This document shows positions 37,443 to 50,519 of a DNA stretch of 64,000 bases, one piece after another; position 1 is the first letter of the stretch; every line of letters begins with the position of its first letter. The notes beneath the pieces are model-generated. The model was given only the letters and a program-made list of their open reading frames with translations, was not told the DNA's origin and ran no database searches. Source of the stretch: Lama guanicoe (Eukaryota); the NCBI GenBank assembly GCA_013239625.1, contig MU053758.1:310001-374000 (forward strand), in the 5' to 3' direction. A program made the translations under genes and the position numbers.

Positions 37443-39035
37443 CTGCAAAATAAAACCCCATCTCAAAATTGTGAGGTGATGTCCCATCCCAAACCCTCCT
37501 GGCTTCCACTTGCTACCCACGCCAGCAGCAGGACCTTCGTCTATATCCGTATCATATCCTCTCTATGCAGAATGAATAGTGTGTACTCATTCATACTAAC
37601 AAATATGTTTGGAATTCTAAGAAATCTCATTACAATGGAGTGGCATCTTACTCAGGAGTTACATTCTAACCTTAGAGCCCAAGGTAAAAATTGAACCTAG
37701 CCAAAACCACCCTTGAGTGCCCCTTAAAATTCCCTTAAAGCATGTTTTTTTTTTCGTTCGGACTTTCCTGATCAGTATTATGTGTAACAAATGGATAGAA
37801 CACCAATGTGCAAAACATAATATGTATCTGTAAGATATTATCTTAGCACGTTTAATTTTAAGAAATTAATACCTACAACTAGTGAGTACATTTGTTTGGA
37901 TCTGCCTAGGTGAAACATGCATATGATGCAACTCCACCCTCCATCCATGTGACACAAGGGGAGAAAGATGAATGAAAAAGAGGAAAGGGATTGGAGGCCA
38001 CCACACCAGTGCCAATCACAGTGCAGAGCTAAGGGTTGTAATGGAGGCCTAGGGTATCTGCTTCCTCCGTAGAGGATCAAACCTACTGTGGAGGATGTGG
38101 CTCAGGCAGCATCCAGCTGTGTCAAAGATGCAAAGAAAAATGGGGAAACTCAGGGTCCACTCGGAGCCACAGATCATCCCCAGAACTTTCCCCAACACTG
38201 TAGGTTAATTAAAAAGAAAAAAATCAGCAGCACTTAAAACAGAATGTTAAATTCTCTTCCTCCGGCTGTGATTATTGAACAAGGTTTTTCTTCCAGAAGA
38301 GAGGAAAACCTTAACTGACTCAGTTGTATTTCTTCTTTTACAAAGGCTCCTAGGCACTTAAGTCTGCTCTGAATTTAAACAGCAAGAGGGAAAAGGACCT
38401 GCAATCCAATGTCTCAGCCTACAGTCCCTACCGTGCCCTGGTGGCCCTGTGTTATCTTTTAGCCTCCAGTCGTTTGGAACAGCAAGCTCAAATGGTATCA
38501 ACATGACATCAGTTCTAGGACCCCAGGGACTAGCATATTAACACTGACACTTGACTAAGGACAAGATGTCTCAGAAAAAACATTTCCAATGAGATAAAAA
38601 GAAAAAATCAATTTAAAGGGAAACCTATTCAAAACAAAATAGATATACAAACAATTCCAAATGTGAATTTTTACTGTAAGAAATTTGAAACTATGTTTTC
38701 ATTTAAACAACACTAGATTTAGGTAATCTGACTTCTTCACAACATCAGTTTAAGTGAAAGTAGAGCATTCAATGACAGAGAAGTCTAGGTAATCTATGCC
38801 AGAGGAATTTAAGCTTTCTCTGTGTTTGTGTGTGGACAAGAGAGGAGTGGTCTTTGGGGTGGAAGGGATATTCCAAAGCAATCAGTAAGGACAGGAGCCT
38901 TAACAAAGCCCTATAACTATAAACACTGCTCACTCAAGCCTGCTCCATCCCCAACCTTCTTGGCTTCTGATTTACAGCACCACACTTAAAGGTCAAGAGC
39001 GGAAGGATGGGGGAAGAGTTGGGTAGCACAATGAA

Positions 39036-39150
39036 TAGGGTGACCATATAATTTATCATCCAAACTGGAGCATTTCTGAGAGTGAAAGAATGCTGGGACA
39101 ATAGAAACATACTGGGATTTCCCAAGCCAACCAGGACCTTATGGCACCCC
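39036..39150. mobile_element. hAT MITE (MER81-like)
   Basis: tagggtgaccatataatttatcatccaaac...tatggcaccc inverted termini. Confidence 0.65.
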
Positions 39151-39340
39151 AAAAAGAGACACATGTTCAAGGCTCTGTTCCACTTCACTGTCTGACCTTG
39201 GGCAAGCCAATTACTCTCTTGGGATTTTGATTTCTTCATCTATGTAATAAGAGATGTGAGCTGGATAATCTCTTTTAGGCTCTTCCAACTTTATGGGCCC
39301 GATTTCCCAATAACCCTCCAAACCCCACCAAGTTACATAC

Positions 39341-39413
39341 CTTAGTCATGTCAACAGTATCAGGTACAACGAACATTCCTGGAGGAGGCTCCTTATAAAT
39401 GGACATGATATCC
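39341..39413 (-). CDS. UBE2Z: UBE2Z exon 2
   Basis: [24 protein letters not shown]. Confidence 0.97.
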
Positions 39414-40281
39414 CTGTATAACACCAAGAGGAAGTGGGGGAGGGAGTGAGGGAGAGGAGAAAAGAGGGGAATCCCTTGAGCAAAGCAGTTCTTATCACCT
39501 CAACAAGGCCAGGGTTCGAGAAAGTGGTGCTTGGTACCACAAATGTTTGCACTGTCTTGCTGGCTGAGAAATCTCAGCTGAGTACTTGTCAGGCAAGCAG
39601 AGAGCAAATTATTATCAAAGGCGCATTGTTTCCTCAGGGGGAGGGTTTGGAAAGGAGAGTGGAAATCAGAGATCCCAACAGCATCAGATGTCACCCTGGA
39701 AAAGCCACATCCCATTTACTCTCATTTCCTCCCACATGGCAATTCATTCACTCCCCACCTCCGAGATTCCCAGGTACTACGGCTGAATGCTAAATGAAGG
39801 TTTTTCAGTAACTGGGAAGGCATAATCAACTCCACTAAAAAACTAATTCCATAAACTACACAGTGGACTGTTGTTGGCATGGGGATTATATGAAGCAAGT
39901 GAGCTAGCAGGAAGCAATAATGGTCTTCTTGCCCAGGGGACTAAAAGGGTAGAGATCTCTTCAGGTTAGGGAGAGGACCCTCTGAAACTGCTGAGAATCT
40001 CACATCTGGAAGAGGACATGTACTACTATACACTACTTCTATAGAAGATGAGAGGATTGCTAGGTTTGCTAGGAGACTGCTCATAAATTAGTTGTGAGCA
40101 GTTATCTATAGGAACACATTCTAGGTGGGAAATCTAGGGATTTGCTAGGGTACACAGGGACATTAAAAAAAAGTGCAAATAAATGACAGGAGACAAAAAC
40201 AAGTACTGGCAAAACTCAGAGGTATGTTAGAACTGGAAGGCTGAAATGGCCGAAGGAGTACAAGAGTTAAGGAGTGTTGAG

Positions 40282-40451
40282 CTGCCTTCCAGACGGCCCG
40301 CACTGTCTATGGAGTGTGTATCTACCTTTACTTTAAACTAAGCACCCAACCCTGCACCTCGTGGCCTCTCTGGCCATCTGAAACAGCCTGCACTCTGTCT
40401 ACGGGGTGTGCATCTCTGAATAAATCTACTTTTACTCAAAAAAAAAAAAAA
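40282..40451 (+). mobile_element. Polyadenylated ERV-LTR-like fragment inserted with TSD
   Basis: AATAAA 40419-40424, A14 tail, TSD gagtgttgag / gagtgctgag. Confidence 0.65.
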
Positions 40452-41149
40452 GAGTGCTGAGTTTCTTAAGTTAGAGGCGGCAACCTTGATGGAGTTGGCC
40501 AACTGCATCAGGCCCTGGGCCAGGTGCTTTACACACAGTATGCTGTTTAATTTTTATCACAACCTTGAAAGGTAGGTGGAAATACCTGAAAGAACTTGGA
40601 ATGTGGGGAATGTGATTACCTAGATGAGGATGACTGTGATGGGAGGCATGGGGAGAGAGTCTGGTCATCAGCAAACAGGTTTCAGTATTAACAGCAACTA
40701 AAAAGCATTCTTTTCTCCTATGTAATAGGTTCTGTGCATAGCATTTTCGCAAAAACATTATCTACTAAATGATATGATCTAAGATCAGTCACCCAAGAAA
40801 TAAGCACAGAAAGGACTTGGGCCTTTGTTCCTATATTTGAACTGGGTATACTTGCTTCAGAAAGTAAACCACATGACCCGGAGGAAAGAATACAGAAAAG
40901 AAAGTCTTGAGTGGGACACTACAAGCCAAAGAGACTGGGAGGGTGAGAGGAGGAAGCCTGAGTTCCTGGAACAGGTGTGAGAGTGGACAGCTTTGGGGTT
41001 CTGGAAAAGTGCTTCAAGGAAGGCTGCAGGCATGTGAGGGAAGCGACTTGGACTTGGGGAAGGGACTTTGTGGAGGGGACTTGAGACGGGGAAGAAAAAG
41101 CCAGGCTGGCCTGGAGTCTCAGGCTGAGCAAAGCAAGCTGTGCGTGTTA

Positions 41150-42200
41150 CTAACGGGGCTCAGGAGACGACGCAGGGGACCGCTGGGTGGGGCCTCCGGG
41201 CAGCATTTTGCAAGGCTGGGGTGGGGAAGGGGGGAGAGGGGCGGCGCAGAGGGCGGGAAGGGGTGTTACTGAAGCGCGGAAGGGTCGGGTTTCGGGCGGG
41301 AGGTATGGGGGAGGGTGTCCGGACTGGAGACAGAGGGCTCACCGGAGGTGGCCGAGGGGCGGGGTCGGACCTGGGCACTCGAGGAGGGGCTTGGTGCGTG
41401 TGGGGCTGGGGGCGGGGGAAGAGGACTTGGATCCCGACGCTCCGGGCTGGCGAGACGTGGGCCCAGGAGCTGGGCCGCGGCGAGGGCAGCGCGGAGGCAG
41501 CGGGGCGGTGGTAGTGGGTAAGGGTGGGGGGCGGGGAAGGTCGAGCCCCGGAGCTCGGGGCTGGGGGAGGAAAAACCCCGGCTCACCGCTTGATCCGGAG
41601 GAGACACTGCGGCGCGGTTCGCTCGCCGTCCCAGTCAGAGCTGAGCGTGGGGTCCCAGTGGCTAAGCAGCGCGGCCCCATGGGCAGCGGCCGAGGGCGGG
41701 AGCCCGGGCAGCGGAGCCAGGCCGCTCCCCGGCCCCCCGGCCCCGCCCGCCGCCGCCGCCGCCGCCCACACATCCGGCAGGAAAGGCGGCCCGAACCCGC
41801 CGCCGCTGCCGCTAACGCCAACAACACCAGCGACGCCGCTCGCCCCAGGGCCCGCCGCCCCGGCGCCCGCCGTGGCCGTCGCCGCCTCCTCAGTCGGACT
41901 CTCCGCCATCGCGCCTTCGCTTCCGGGACTGCTCGGCAGCACGTCCGCCGACCAGAGCGGCCGCTGCTCCCTCCCGCTCCCGCACCACCGAGAGCCGGGC
42001 CAGAGTGTCCCCACCCTCGGCTTCCACGGCCCGGGCGGCGCTGGCTCCGCCCACCCCCGCCCCGACCAGCGAGAGGCGCTCTGCAAGAGCGTCCACTCCA
42101 CGGTCCTCCAGGGCGGGCGGGGGTCGGAGCTCGCCGGCCAAGCGAGGGTTCTGGGCCTGCGCGGCTCCCGCGCTCTGCGGGAGGAGGTTCCGAGGCGTGT
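41150..42200. promoter_or_regulatory. UBE2Z: UBE2Z CpG island/promoter
   Basis: Very high GC and CpG content around exon 1; GC boxes ~42045-42125; ETS-like CCGGAAG just upstream of the ATG on the minus strand. Confidence 0.85.
41587..41909 (-). CDS. UBE2Z: UBE2Z exon 1 coding part
   Basis: [22 protein letters not shown]...[17 protein letters not shown](R)|GTGAGC. Confidence 0.96.
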
Positions 42201-42999
42201 GTGGACATCTAGGTATAGTTGAGAGCCCAGTTCCAAGGATTATTTTATTTTCAAGTGTTGAAAGGGGAGGAGGGTAAGACCATTTCCCCCGTTTAGGGGA
42301 GTGACCCTCAGACATGCCGAAGAGGTGGGACTGGGGATCCAGCTTCCTAGTAGGGAGGCGGTGAGTAGAGGAGTTGACTCCGTTAGAGCCCTTCTTGTCC
42401 GGAAGACTGATTTATCCTTCCTCCCTGCACCCTCACCCACGGAGGGCAGACAGCAAGAGGAAGGAAGAAATCAGAACCTACGAGTGAAGAACTATCTCGT
42501 TTTAGAGTTTATTCAATATATATTTATAAAGGGCATGCTAAATGCCAGGCACTGTTGCTAGGCGTTGCCATAGGAATAATGAACCAGACCTAAAGAAGCT
42601 TGGTAAAAAGAAATCAAGCCTCCTAACTCCAAGCTCAGTATTTCTTCCCACAAGTCCTTGGATATGCAGGAATCAAGGGGCTGTGAGTTTAAATCCTGGG
42701 AGGATTCCTCAGGATTTTACTGAGATATGTAAGATGAAAAAGAATACTATGGACTAAGAAAAACAAGCCTTCAATAAAGAAGACTTTCCCTTTTCTCGCT
42801 AGCTAGAGTACAGGCTCATAATCTAACACTCCCAGCAGAACCTGGGGCAGCACTCAGTAACCAAACACACTGATTATTTCTGCAGCAAAGCATATGAATA
42901 TTCATACTAATGTGGGTACATTTATGAATATTCGTACTAATAGCCTCACTTTGGATTATATTTTGTAGCCAAATTTGCTTTTAAAAAAAAGAAGTCCTG

Positions 43000-43134
43000 G
43001 GGGATGATACAGCTCAGTAGTAGAGTGCATGCCTAGCGTGCATGAGGTTCTGGGTTCAATTCCCAGTACCTCTACTAAATAAATAAACCTAATTACCTCC
43101 CTCCATTAAAAATAAAAAATAAAAATAAAAAGAA
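43000..43134 (+). mobile_element. Vic-1-like SINE
   Basis: A/B boxes; TSD aaaaaagaagtcctg on both sides. Confidence 0.88.
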
Positions 43135-43297
43135 TTTTAAAAAAGAAGTCCTGTTTTCACAGTTTTGTGAATTTTCCAACAATGGAATGTAGGGTTGAAT
43201 GATAATGGCCAGCATTTATTGAGAGCTAAAATACTGGGGTTTTTCAGTTAACACTCATTGAGTGCCTAATATGTACCAGGCATTATGTAATGTATAC

Positions 43298-43371
43298 TTT
43301 TTTTTTTTAAAGGGAGGTACTAGGGATTGAACCCAGGATGCACCCTACCACTGAGCTATACCCTACCCCCT
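43298..43371 (-). mobile_element. Internally deleted Vic-1-like SINE
   Basis: gggattgaacccagg joined almost directly to ctaccactgagctataccc. Confidence 0.75.
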
Positions 43372-45476
43372 ACTTTGTCTTATTTAGTCCTTTCTACAAC
43401 CTTGTGAAGTAAGTACTATTATTTGTCTGTTTTGACAGATGCAAAAAGAGAGGCTTACAGAGGTTTGGTCACTTACACATGGGTCATACTGAGAGCAAGA
43501 CAAATCTGTGTCAGAGAAAACGTTCTGACCACTATGTGATACAGTCACAGCTTGGAACTCTCCCTGACTTACCACATTTTACCTTGTATAAATTATGGTC
43601 ATTTGGTACCTGTTGCTCCCTCCTCATACCACCCCACACCCCCACCGTTCTTAGCACTCTAGGTATGGATCCAGCACAGGGCCTGACACAGCTTATTAGA
43701 TACTTAACATGAAGCAAAATGAATCAATATAATATTTTATACAGATCTCATGTTTTGTTGTGTTTTACCACTCTATAATAAAGATGCCCAAATATTTCTG
43801 AAAGGAGATGCAAGAAACCGGCAACAGTGGTTGCCTCAATGGTTTGGTTGTAGACAAGATGGGCCAAAGAGTGTGTGTGTGTGTGTATACACAAACATAC
43901 ACATCTACCTTTATACCTTTTAAATGTTGTGCTGTGCACCAACTGCCTATTTGAACTATATATTTCATTCATTTTTAAAGGATTCCAGAATTTTGCTGGG
44001 GTATTTACTTAATAAGATGCTCAAAAGTCAACTCACTGGATAACCTCACACAAAGAAAAACACTACTCCGTAGCTTCTCCATGGCTACAGACCACAGAGG
44101 CCCAAAGGTGGCCCATGGGGTGAGAGGATTCCTCATGGGTCCCCACCTTACTACTGGACCACTATTTTCAAGTACAAGGTCTGTTAGTAATATGACAATG
44201 TGCAAAAACCACTTACCTTAAATCCAGAAGAAAGGTTCAACCTTTGATCTGTATCACTCTGCAAATATCCTTTTTGAGCCTACTCCTGCATCATAGGATA
44301 GTGATAATTACTACCTCTCAGGATTTTTCTGAGGATTAAGTGTGGCATTTCTAGAAATGTTCTGTAAAGTGGCAAGGAATGCCCAGATAATTGTCACCTC
44401 ACTTGCCCATTGTGCCTTCTCTCCTCCAGGCCTATGTTCACATTCTCTACCTGGAATACCCTTTCCCTTTAGTCTATTAGGGGAAATCCTAGTTGTTTAA
44501 ACTCTCTGAGCCTCTATTCCTCTATTAGGAACATTAGTAAAATAACAGTAGCCATAAAAAAGAGATAATGTGATTATGAATGTGCACAATATGTGGCCAG
44601 AGTAAATATTCAATAATTACTAACCCTTATTATTATTATTATTCATCTTCAAGGCTGGCTGGAATATTACTTTCTCTGCTAAACCTTAACACCTCTAGGC
44701 ATATTATTAATTACTCATTTTTAATTACTCCATCCTCTGGAATAATTCATACCTTTATTATAGCACACACTACTTTTTATTTGAGTGGTTTGGTTACTCA
44801 TCTGTCTCGCTACTACATATGACGTCTCTAGGGCAGTAAGCGTGGAGCACCAGTCTTGTATCTCTGGGATCTGACATTGACTGAGTACTGCAGAAATGGT
44901 AAACAGAATGGAAATGAAGACATGGTAGCCAGTGGCCCTTCCCCTGGCCATGGGTCTTCAAGATTTCACCTCCTCCTCTTTTCTTTCCAAAGAGCCAAAC
45001 TTGTACAAAGAAAAGTCAAAGCCTGAAGGGCTGCAGCTGCTTAAAGGACCAGTTCCCCAGCTCCCAAGGAAACTGGCAGTGCTTAGTCCTGTGCTCACTG
45101 ACTTCTTCAAGGCAACACCTGGCTGCTTTTCCCTGGCAGCTTCTCCTCTGGAGCCACTCCCATGCCTTCTGGGGATGGATGACACAACTGAATGGTCTTC
45201 CTGCAGGAATTTGGATCCAAGCCTCTCCTCCCCAGCGCACTGGACTTCCCTGCATTGAGCCATCTCTTAGTGTAACAAAGTTCAGTAGCACCTCGCTCAT
45301 GGCTCCCGGCAAGCACTCATGCCCAAGGACAGAGGCCAGCAAGTATCCTGGAGTTCAGGTCACTGCTGTGCCTCAACCCTCTCTAAAAAGATACATTGTG
45401 AAGATCCTTCTCCCTTTCCCCAAGGACCTGTGTCCCACTGCCCTCTGAAGCAATCCTTCCCCTCCAGGACCTAGCC

Positions 45477-45575
45477 TTTTTTTAATGAAGGTACTGAGGA
45501 TTAAACCTAGGACCTCATGCTTAGTGTATGCTAAGCACATGCTCTACCACTGAGCTATACCCCCTAACTCCTGTC
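45477..45575 (-). mobile_element. Vic-1-like SINE
   Basis: Reverse A/B boxes; TSD cctagcc(t/a)ttt. Confidence 0.8.
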
Positions 45576-46672
45576 CTAGCCATTTGTCTTGGGCTCAATG
45601 CCAAGGAAAGATGGAGTTCCCATCTAGGTCATAAATTGGGGACTAAAAGGAAAAATCATAACTTGAACTGTTTTGAGGCTTCTGATTTTAAGATCTATAT
45701 TTTTAAATTTAATAATACATGCATTATGTTATCTCATTATACACCTCCCATTAATATCTTATACTACATATATCTCATTAATACTGTACATGTATACATT
45801 GCATATATCATTATTTGCCTATATTTACCTGTATTCTTATTTCGTTGTCACAACAACCATGAATTGTTCTCATCCCCATTTCAGTGATGAGGACATCAAG
45901 GCTGAGAGGAGATAATTAATTTCCCAGTTAGGAAGTAGCAGGGCTGAGATTTGCATTCCCCTCTAACTCCCAAGTCAATGCTCTTTGCCACCATGCTGCA
46001 CTCTTGAGGCAGTAGTGATGTCTTGTGGTCACCCTTCTTAGAGTATAATGAAAACAATGGACCCTCTCTCAAGAACAATGCACCTCTGCATCCACTCACA
46101 AACATTTTGCACTAAGCAAAATGACTCCACCCATGGGCCACAGACCTTAGTTTAAAAAACCTCAGTGGTAATGGACTAATTGCCTGGTTGGAGGTGAGAG
46201 AGTATTCTCCATTGATTCTCTAAGGCTCCATGGGCCCACCAATCACACTCCCAACCTTGCTGATTATGATTTGTAAGTCCGACAATTCTAAAGCTATTTG
46301 GAGCCCATGATGAAGGGAAATTCTTACCAGCCCCTTGGCCAAAAATAGGCTCCTGGAGTTTCACAGGAAATAAAAGACAACCATCTTCCCTGGGGGCTGC
46401 TCCTTGATTATCTCCAGAGGGCAGAGGCCTGGAGGGGATGCCAGCCTGACACTCGTAAAGGTTGCTGCATTCTACTTGCGTAACAACATTACCAGTTAAT
46501 CCATTGCAGCCTTGGTGATTTAAGCTGCCCTTTTAACCTCAGTCAGTTCTTTCTCTTTGGCCCTGAGTTTCCTGGGCTCTGCTTCAGGTTCTGTCACTGG
46601 TTTGCTGTAGACAATCTTGAGTGTTACTTAAGGTGAAGAGGCTAAGAGGACAAGCAGCAGATCATGGTAGAC

Positions 46673-46906
46673 CAGCAATTCTCAAATGGGAGTGATTTTT
46701 TTTTTCTTTATTTTTTGCCCTGCAGCTAGGAGACATTTGTCAATATCTGACATTTGGCAGTTGGTTGTTACAACTGGGGGAGAGGTTGGTACCGGCATCC
46801 AGTGGGTAGAGGCCAAAGATGTTGCTAAACATCATCATACAACGCATGGGATGGCCCACAGCAATGAATTAGCTGCTCACAAATGTGCCAAGGGTGAGAA
46901 ATCCTG
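46673..46906. mobile_element. MER20-like hAT element
   Basis: ggcatccagtgggtagaggccaaagatgttgctaaacatc core; cag...ctg termini. Confidence 0.75.
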
Positions 46907-48546
46907 TGGTAGAAGACCATGATGAATGTTAGATGGACTTGGATTGAAATCGCTGGCCTGCTGTATGATCTTGAGTAAGTCACTGAACCCTAGATGAGGC
47001 GGCACAGTGATTAGAAAATGGGTTTGGAGTTTGAATCCCAGCTTTACTAACCAGCTGTATGACCTTCACAGGATTCCTCACGTCTGAGACTCCCTTGTTT
47101 CCTTACTTACAGAATGACTTATTTCATAGGGATGTTAGAAGTTATTCACTGAAAATACTTACCACCGCACCTGACATAGGAGTGCTCAAGTGTTAGCTGA
47201 TATTCTAACCAACATTGGCTTTTCCTCTTCTACAGCACGTAGCTTTTGTATCCACATAGTCAACAATTTATGGCATTGTTCAGTATTGTTTCCACTCTGT
47301 TGGTTTCTTAGCATTTCCCAAGACTCCTAGGAGGATGCTTAACACCTAAATACCTGTATGACTGTCTTTAAATTGCATATAAATTGAATCCATTCTTTTT
47401 GACTCACATATTTTGGTGTTTTAACCCTTTTTGCTAGCTACCCGTCAGCTGGAAGGTGTTAACACTAATTAGGAATGTTCTTGGTCTCACTAGTCAGTTT
47501 TGCAGTAAGTTGAGGTATAAGGTTTTCAAAAAATGGGTGCCACTTATGTTATTACTCCTTTTGAAACCACCCAATTTGGGGCAGACAATATCTACCAGCA
47601 CCTAAGTTCATTCTGTGGATATATCAGCTTAGCTTTCTCTTACCTGGGTCTTCAGTTCCACTGTAGCCAAGTTGGGGGCACCTGCTGGGCACAGACTGAG
47701 ACCACAAGGAAGATGCTGTGTGGAGCTCTCTGAACAACTTGTTAGTTGGTTCACCCCTCAAAACACCCTTTTCATCCTTATCAAAGATAGGGATAAAAGA
47801 CTGTAAAGCCCCCACGAACCGAGACCGTGTCCCTTATCTGCTTTACTCAAGCACGTTTAGGCGCTCTAAGAAAGGCCAGCTGGGAACAAAAAATGAAACT
47901 TACAAGTGGGGCTAAGTGCAGGCAGATGGAGGCTCCCTCCACCTCTAACGTGCTATACAACTTCTTTGGGATGAAGTTTCCCTATCTGTGCTACCTCAAC
48001 TGTGTGGCCAAAACGAAAACAGATGGGACAGCACAGCAGGTAAAGGTTTAAAGCCGGCCTGAGGGGGGAGTCCTCAGTTCTGCCACTTACCAGTCTGTGA
48101 TGTTGGACAAGTTATTTTGCTTCCTTAAGCATCAGTCCCCTCATTTGCAAAACAGGTATAATCATTGTGCTTATAATTCATAGGGTTGTTGAGATAACAA
48201 ATGTAAAACACTGGGTACAGAGCTTGGTGCAAATTAAGCCCCTCAAATATTTTCCAAATTATCACACCAATAATATTACACAAATCCATGCTCCCCCAGG
48301 AGATGTTCTTAGTCACACCAGTGCTGCTTCTCACTCCTGAGGAGACCCTAATCACCAATGGCTGACCCAATCCCACTTCCCTTGTCCCGCCTTTCCATGA
48401 AGGCCTTACCCAAGGGCAAAGGACAGAGGCGCAGGCATATGGGTTTAGAGAAACGTCGTGTTTAATGGTAAAGCTTAGCCCACTCCAGCACCGGGCATGG
48501 CCTGGGGTCGAAGCAGCAGGGATGGGTAGGCGACTTCCATGGAGCC

Positions 48547-48661
48547 TCACATGGCGAAAAGGATGAGGAAGGCAACCATCAAACAGAAGAGCCCCATGGC
48601 CTCAGACAGGGCAAAGCCCAGAATGGCATAGGAGAAGAGCTGCTGCTTCAGAGACGGGTTC
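48547..48661 (-). CDS. ATP5MC1: ATP synthase Fo subunit c isoform 1, last exon
   Basis: [37 protein letters not shown]. Confidence 0.98.
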
Positions 48662-49004
48662 CTGCCGGGGAGAGACCGAAGCTAGTCCAAGAGAAGGAAG
48701 GGGTGAGGGCATGGGTCATGGGTGGTGGTGATGGAGGATGCAAGCAGGTTAAGTGAATGGGGAGTGCTGAAACTGGGAGAGGGCTTAGCTTGCATATATC
48801 GTGGGGACTGGACAGACAAGCAGAGTACCAACATGGTGAGTTTAAATGAGCCAGGCTGGAAACATTTATTTAAATTCTGATTCAGAGGCCACTGGAAAAA
48901 AACAGGTAGATGAAATCAACTCAAAGCTAGAAGGATCTCTGCTGAGGCTTCCTCCAAATAGGGTGAAATTTACAGTAGGAGATGCTTGAGGCCACCCCAA
49001 CTTA

Positions 49005-49184
<180 letters not shown>

Positions 49185-49541
49185 CTAGAAGGAGGGGTAG
49201 AGAGGGAAGGAGAGAAAGAGAGAGAGGAAGGGAGATAGTGAGGCACAAGGACAGGTAACTGACTCCACCCCCCATCCCACCCACCTGAGCCCTGAAATTG
49301 TTGGCAAATTGCTTAGGAAGTGCGGAACGCTCAGACTGCAGAGCATGCTGGGAATTAGTCTTAGGGGTCCATTTCCAGATAGGGCTAGGGAAACTTCACT
49401 TTTCCAAGAACCTCACCTACTCAGAACTATTAAAGCACCACAGATTCTCTAACACTCCTCCCACTTTGGCCCAAAGGCAACTCAACTTACTTAAAGTTCC
49501 CCAGTCTAGGGAAATTCTTAAGAGGACCCATTCTCCATTAC

Positions 49542-49619
49542 CTGTTCAGATGGGATCTCTGGCCTACTCAGGAAGGAGGCAGACACAGGCCTGATTAGAC
49601 CCCTGGTACAAGAGCGGAT
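49542..49619 (-). CDS. ATP5MC1: ATP5MC1 coding exon 2
   Basis: [26 protein letters not shown]. Confidence 0.96.
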
Positions 49620-50139
49620 CTATAAAATCAGAAAGACACACTCCCCTAAATCAGGCAAGAAAAAAAAAACCCTTCAAACAAACCAAAAAGCCCTAAGTGC
49701 TGAGCTTCTGTGAAAAATAACTACAAATATTATAAATAAAACAAGCCTACTCTGTTTCAAGGTCAGTTAATGTAGTCCTATGTGTACCAGTCAGGCCTGC
49801 ACCAGAGACAGCTGTCCTGAGACCCTGGTGTAGTCAGCAGTAGCAACCTTCCCATTTAAAACTGAGTGATAAAATTCACTTCCATGGGCACAGCCCTTAT
49901 CAGTAATTCAGAATGGAACAAAACCCCACACTAACATCAAACCAAGTACAGGAAAGAAGGTTTATATCCAGATCACCAAAGAAATCAGAAGGGGAAAATA
50001 TTATTATGCTAAAATGTAGTCACTGTTACACATTCTGAATGGAGTGGGTCAGCAAGTCAGCTGAGGCTCCTGAAACAACCACCTAAGCAGAGACTCCTGT
50101 AAGGAGGCTTTCTTGCGCTATTTCAAGAAATATAATTTT

Positions 50140-50251
50140 GCAGTCCTAATACAGATGCATGGATTCCACCTCGCAGGGTGCAGCCTGGGCATCAGGATTT
50201 TTAAAAGCTCCCTAGGTGATTCCAATGTGCAGCCAAATTTGAGAATCACTG
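50140..50251. mobile_element. MER5-like hAT fragment in ATP5MC1 intron
   Basis: ttttaaaagctccctaggtgattccaatgtgcagccaaatttgagaatcactg. Confidence 0.65.
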
Positions 50252-50480
50252 TTTCAGTGGACTGTCCAGCTATGGCCAAGCCAGACTAGGGGTAAAGGTC
50301 AGATCCAGACTCTCAACACATTCCAAAGCCAAGATAGATTGATTTACAGGCCCAAGTAATCAGAGGTTAACTGCATCACATCCAACAGCTTCCCTAAAGG
50401 GGCAACATCATCAGGATGCCAAGCTCCTCTCAATTCATTCATTAAACAATGAAGTCTCCCACCCCGGAGGAGCAGCTTAC

Positions 50481-50519
50481 CAGAGCAGGAGGAATGAGTA
50501 GCGCCCTGGTGGTCTGCAT
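50481..50519 (-). CDS. ATP5MC1: ATP5MC1 coding exon 1
   Basis: ctgcag|ACTGAAAAA ATG; MQTTRALLIPPAL|GTAAG. Confidence 0.95.

Larger units (their letters stand above)
27985..41909 (-). other. UBE2Z: UBE2Z gene from ATG to approximate poly(A) site (7 coding exons, 1071 nt = 356 aa E2 enzyme USE1; ~1.9 kb 3'UTR)
   Basis: Exon lengths 323+73+188+112+113+91+171 join in frame; AATAAA on the minus strand at 28007-28012. Confidence 0.96.

Noticed and set aside
41187..42222. Long overlapping ORFs (341, 289 and 232 aa) and the in-frame upstream extension of UBE2Z (41583-42236)
   Set aside because: Stop-poor frames are expected in a GC-rich CpG island and the products are low-complexity. The real CDS starts at ATG 41909. 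The upstream extension begins at a non-ATG codon probably beyond the TSS, although a short near-cognate extension cannot be excluded.
50481..50519. Substitutions in the ATP5MC1 presequence (R5, P10)
   Set aside because: Mitochondrial targeting peptides vary freely among mammals and the mature c subunit is the canonical sequence, so there is no basis to claim adaptation.
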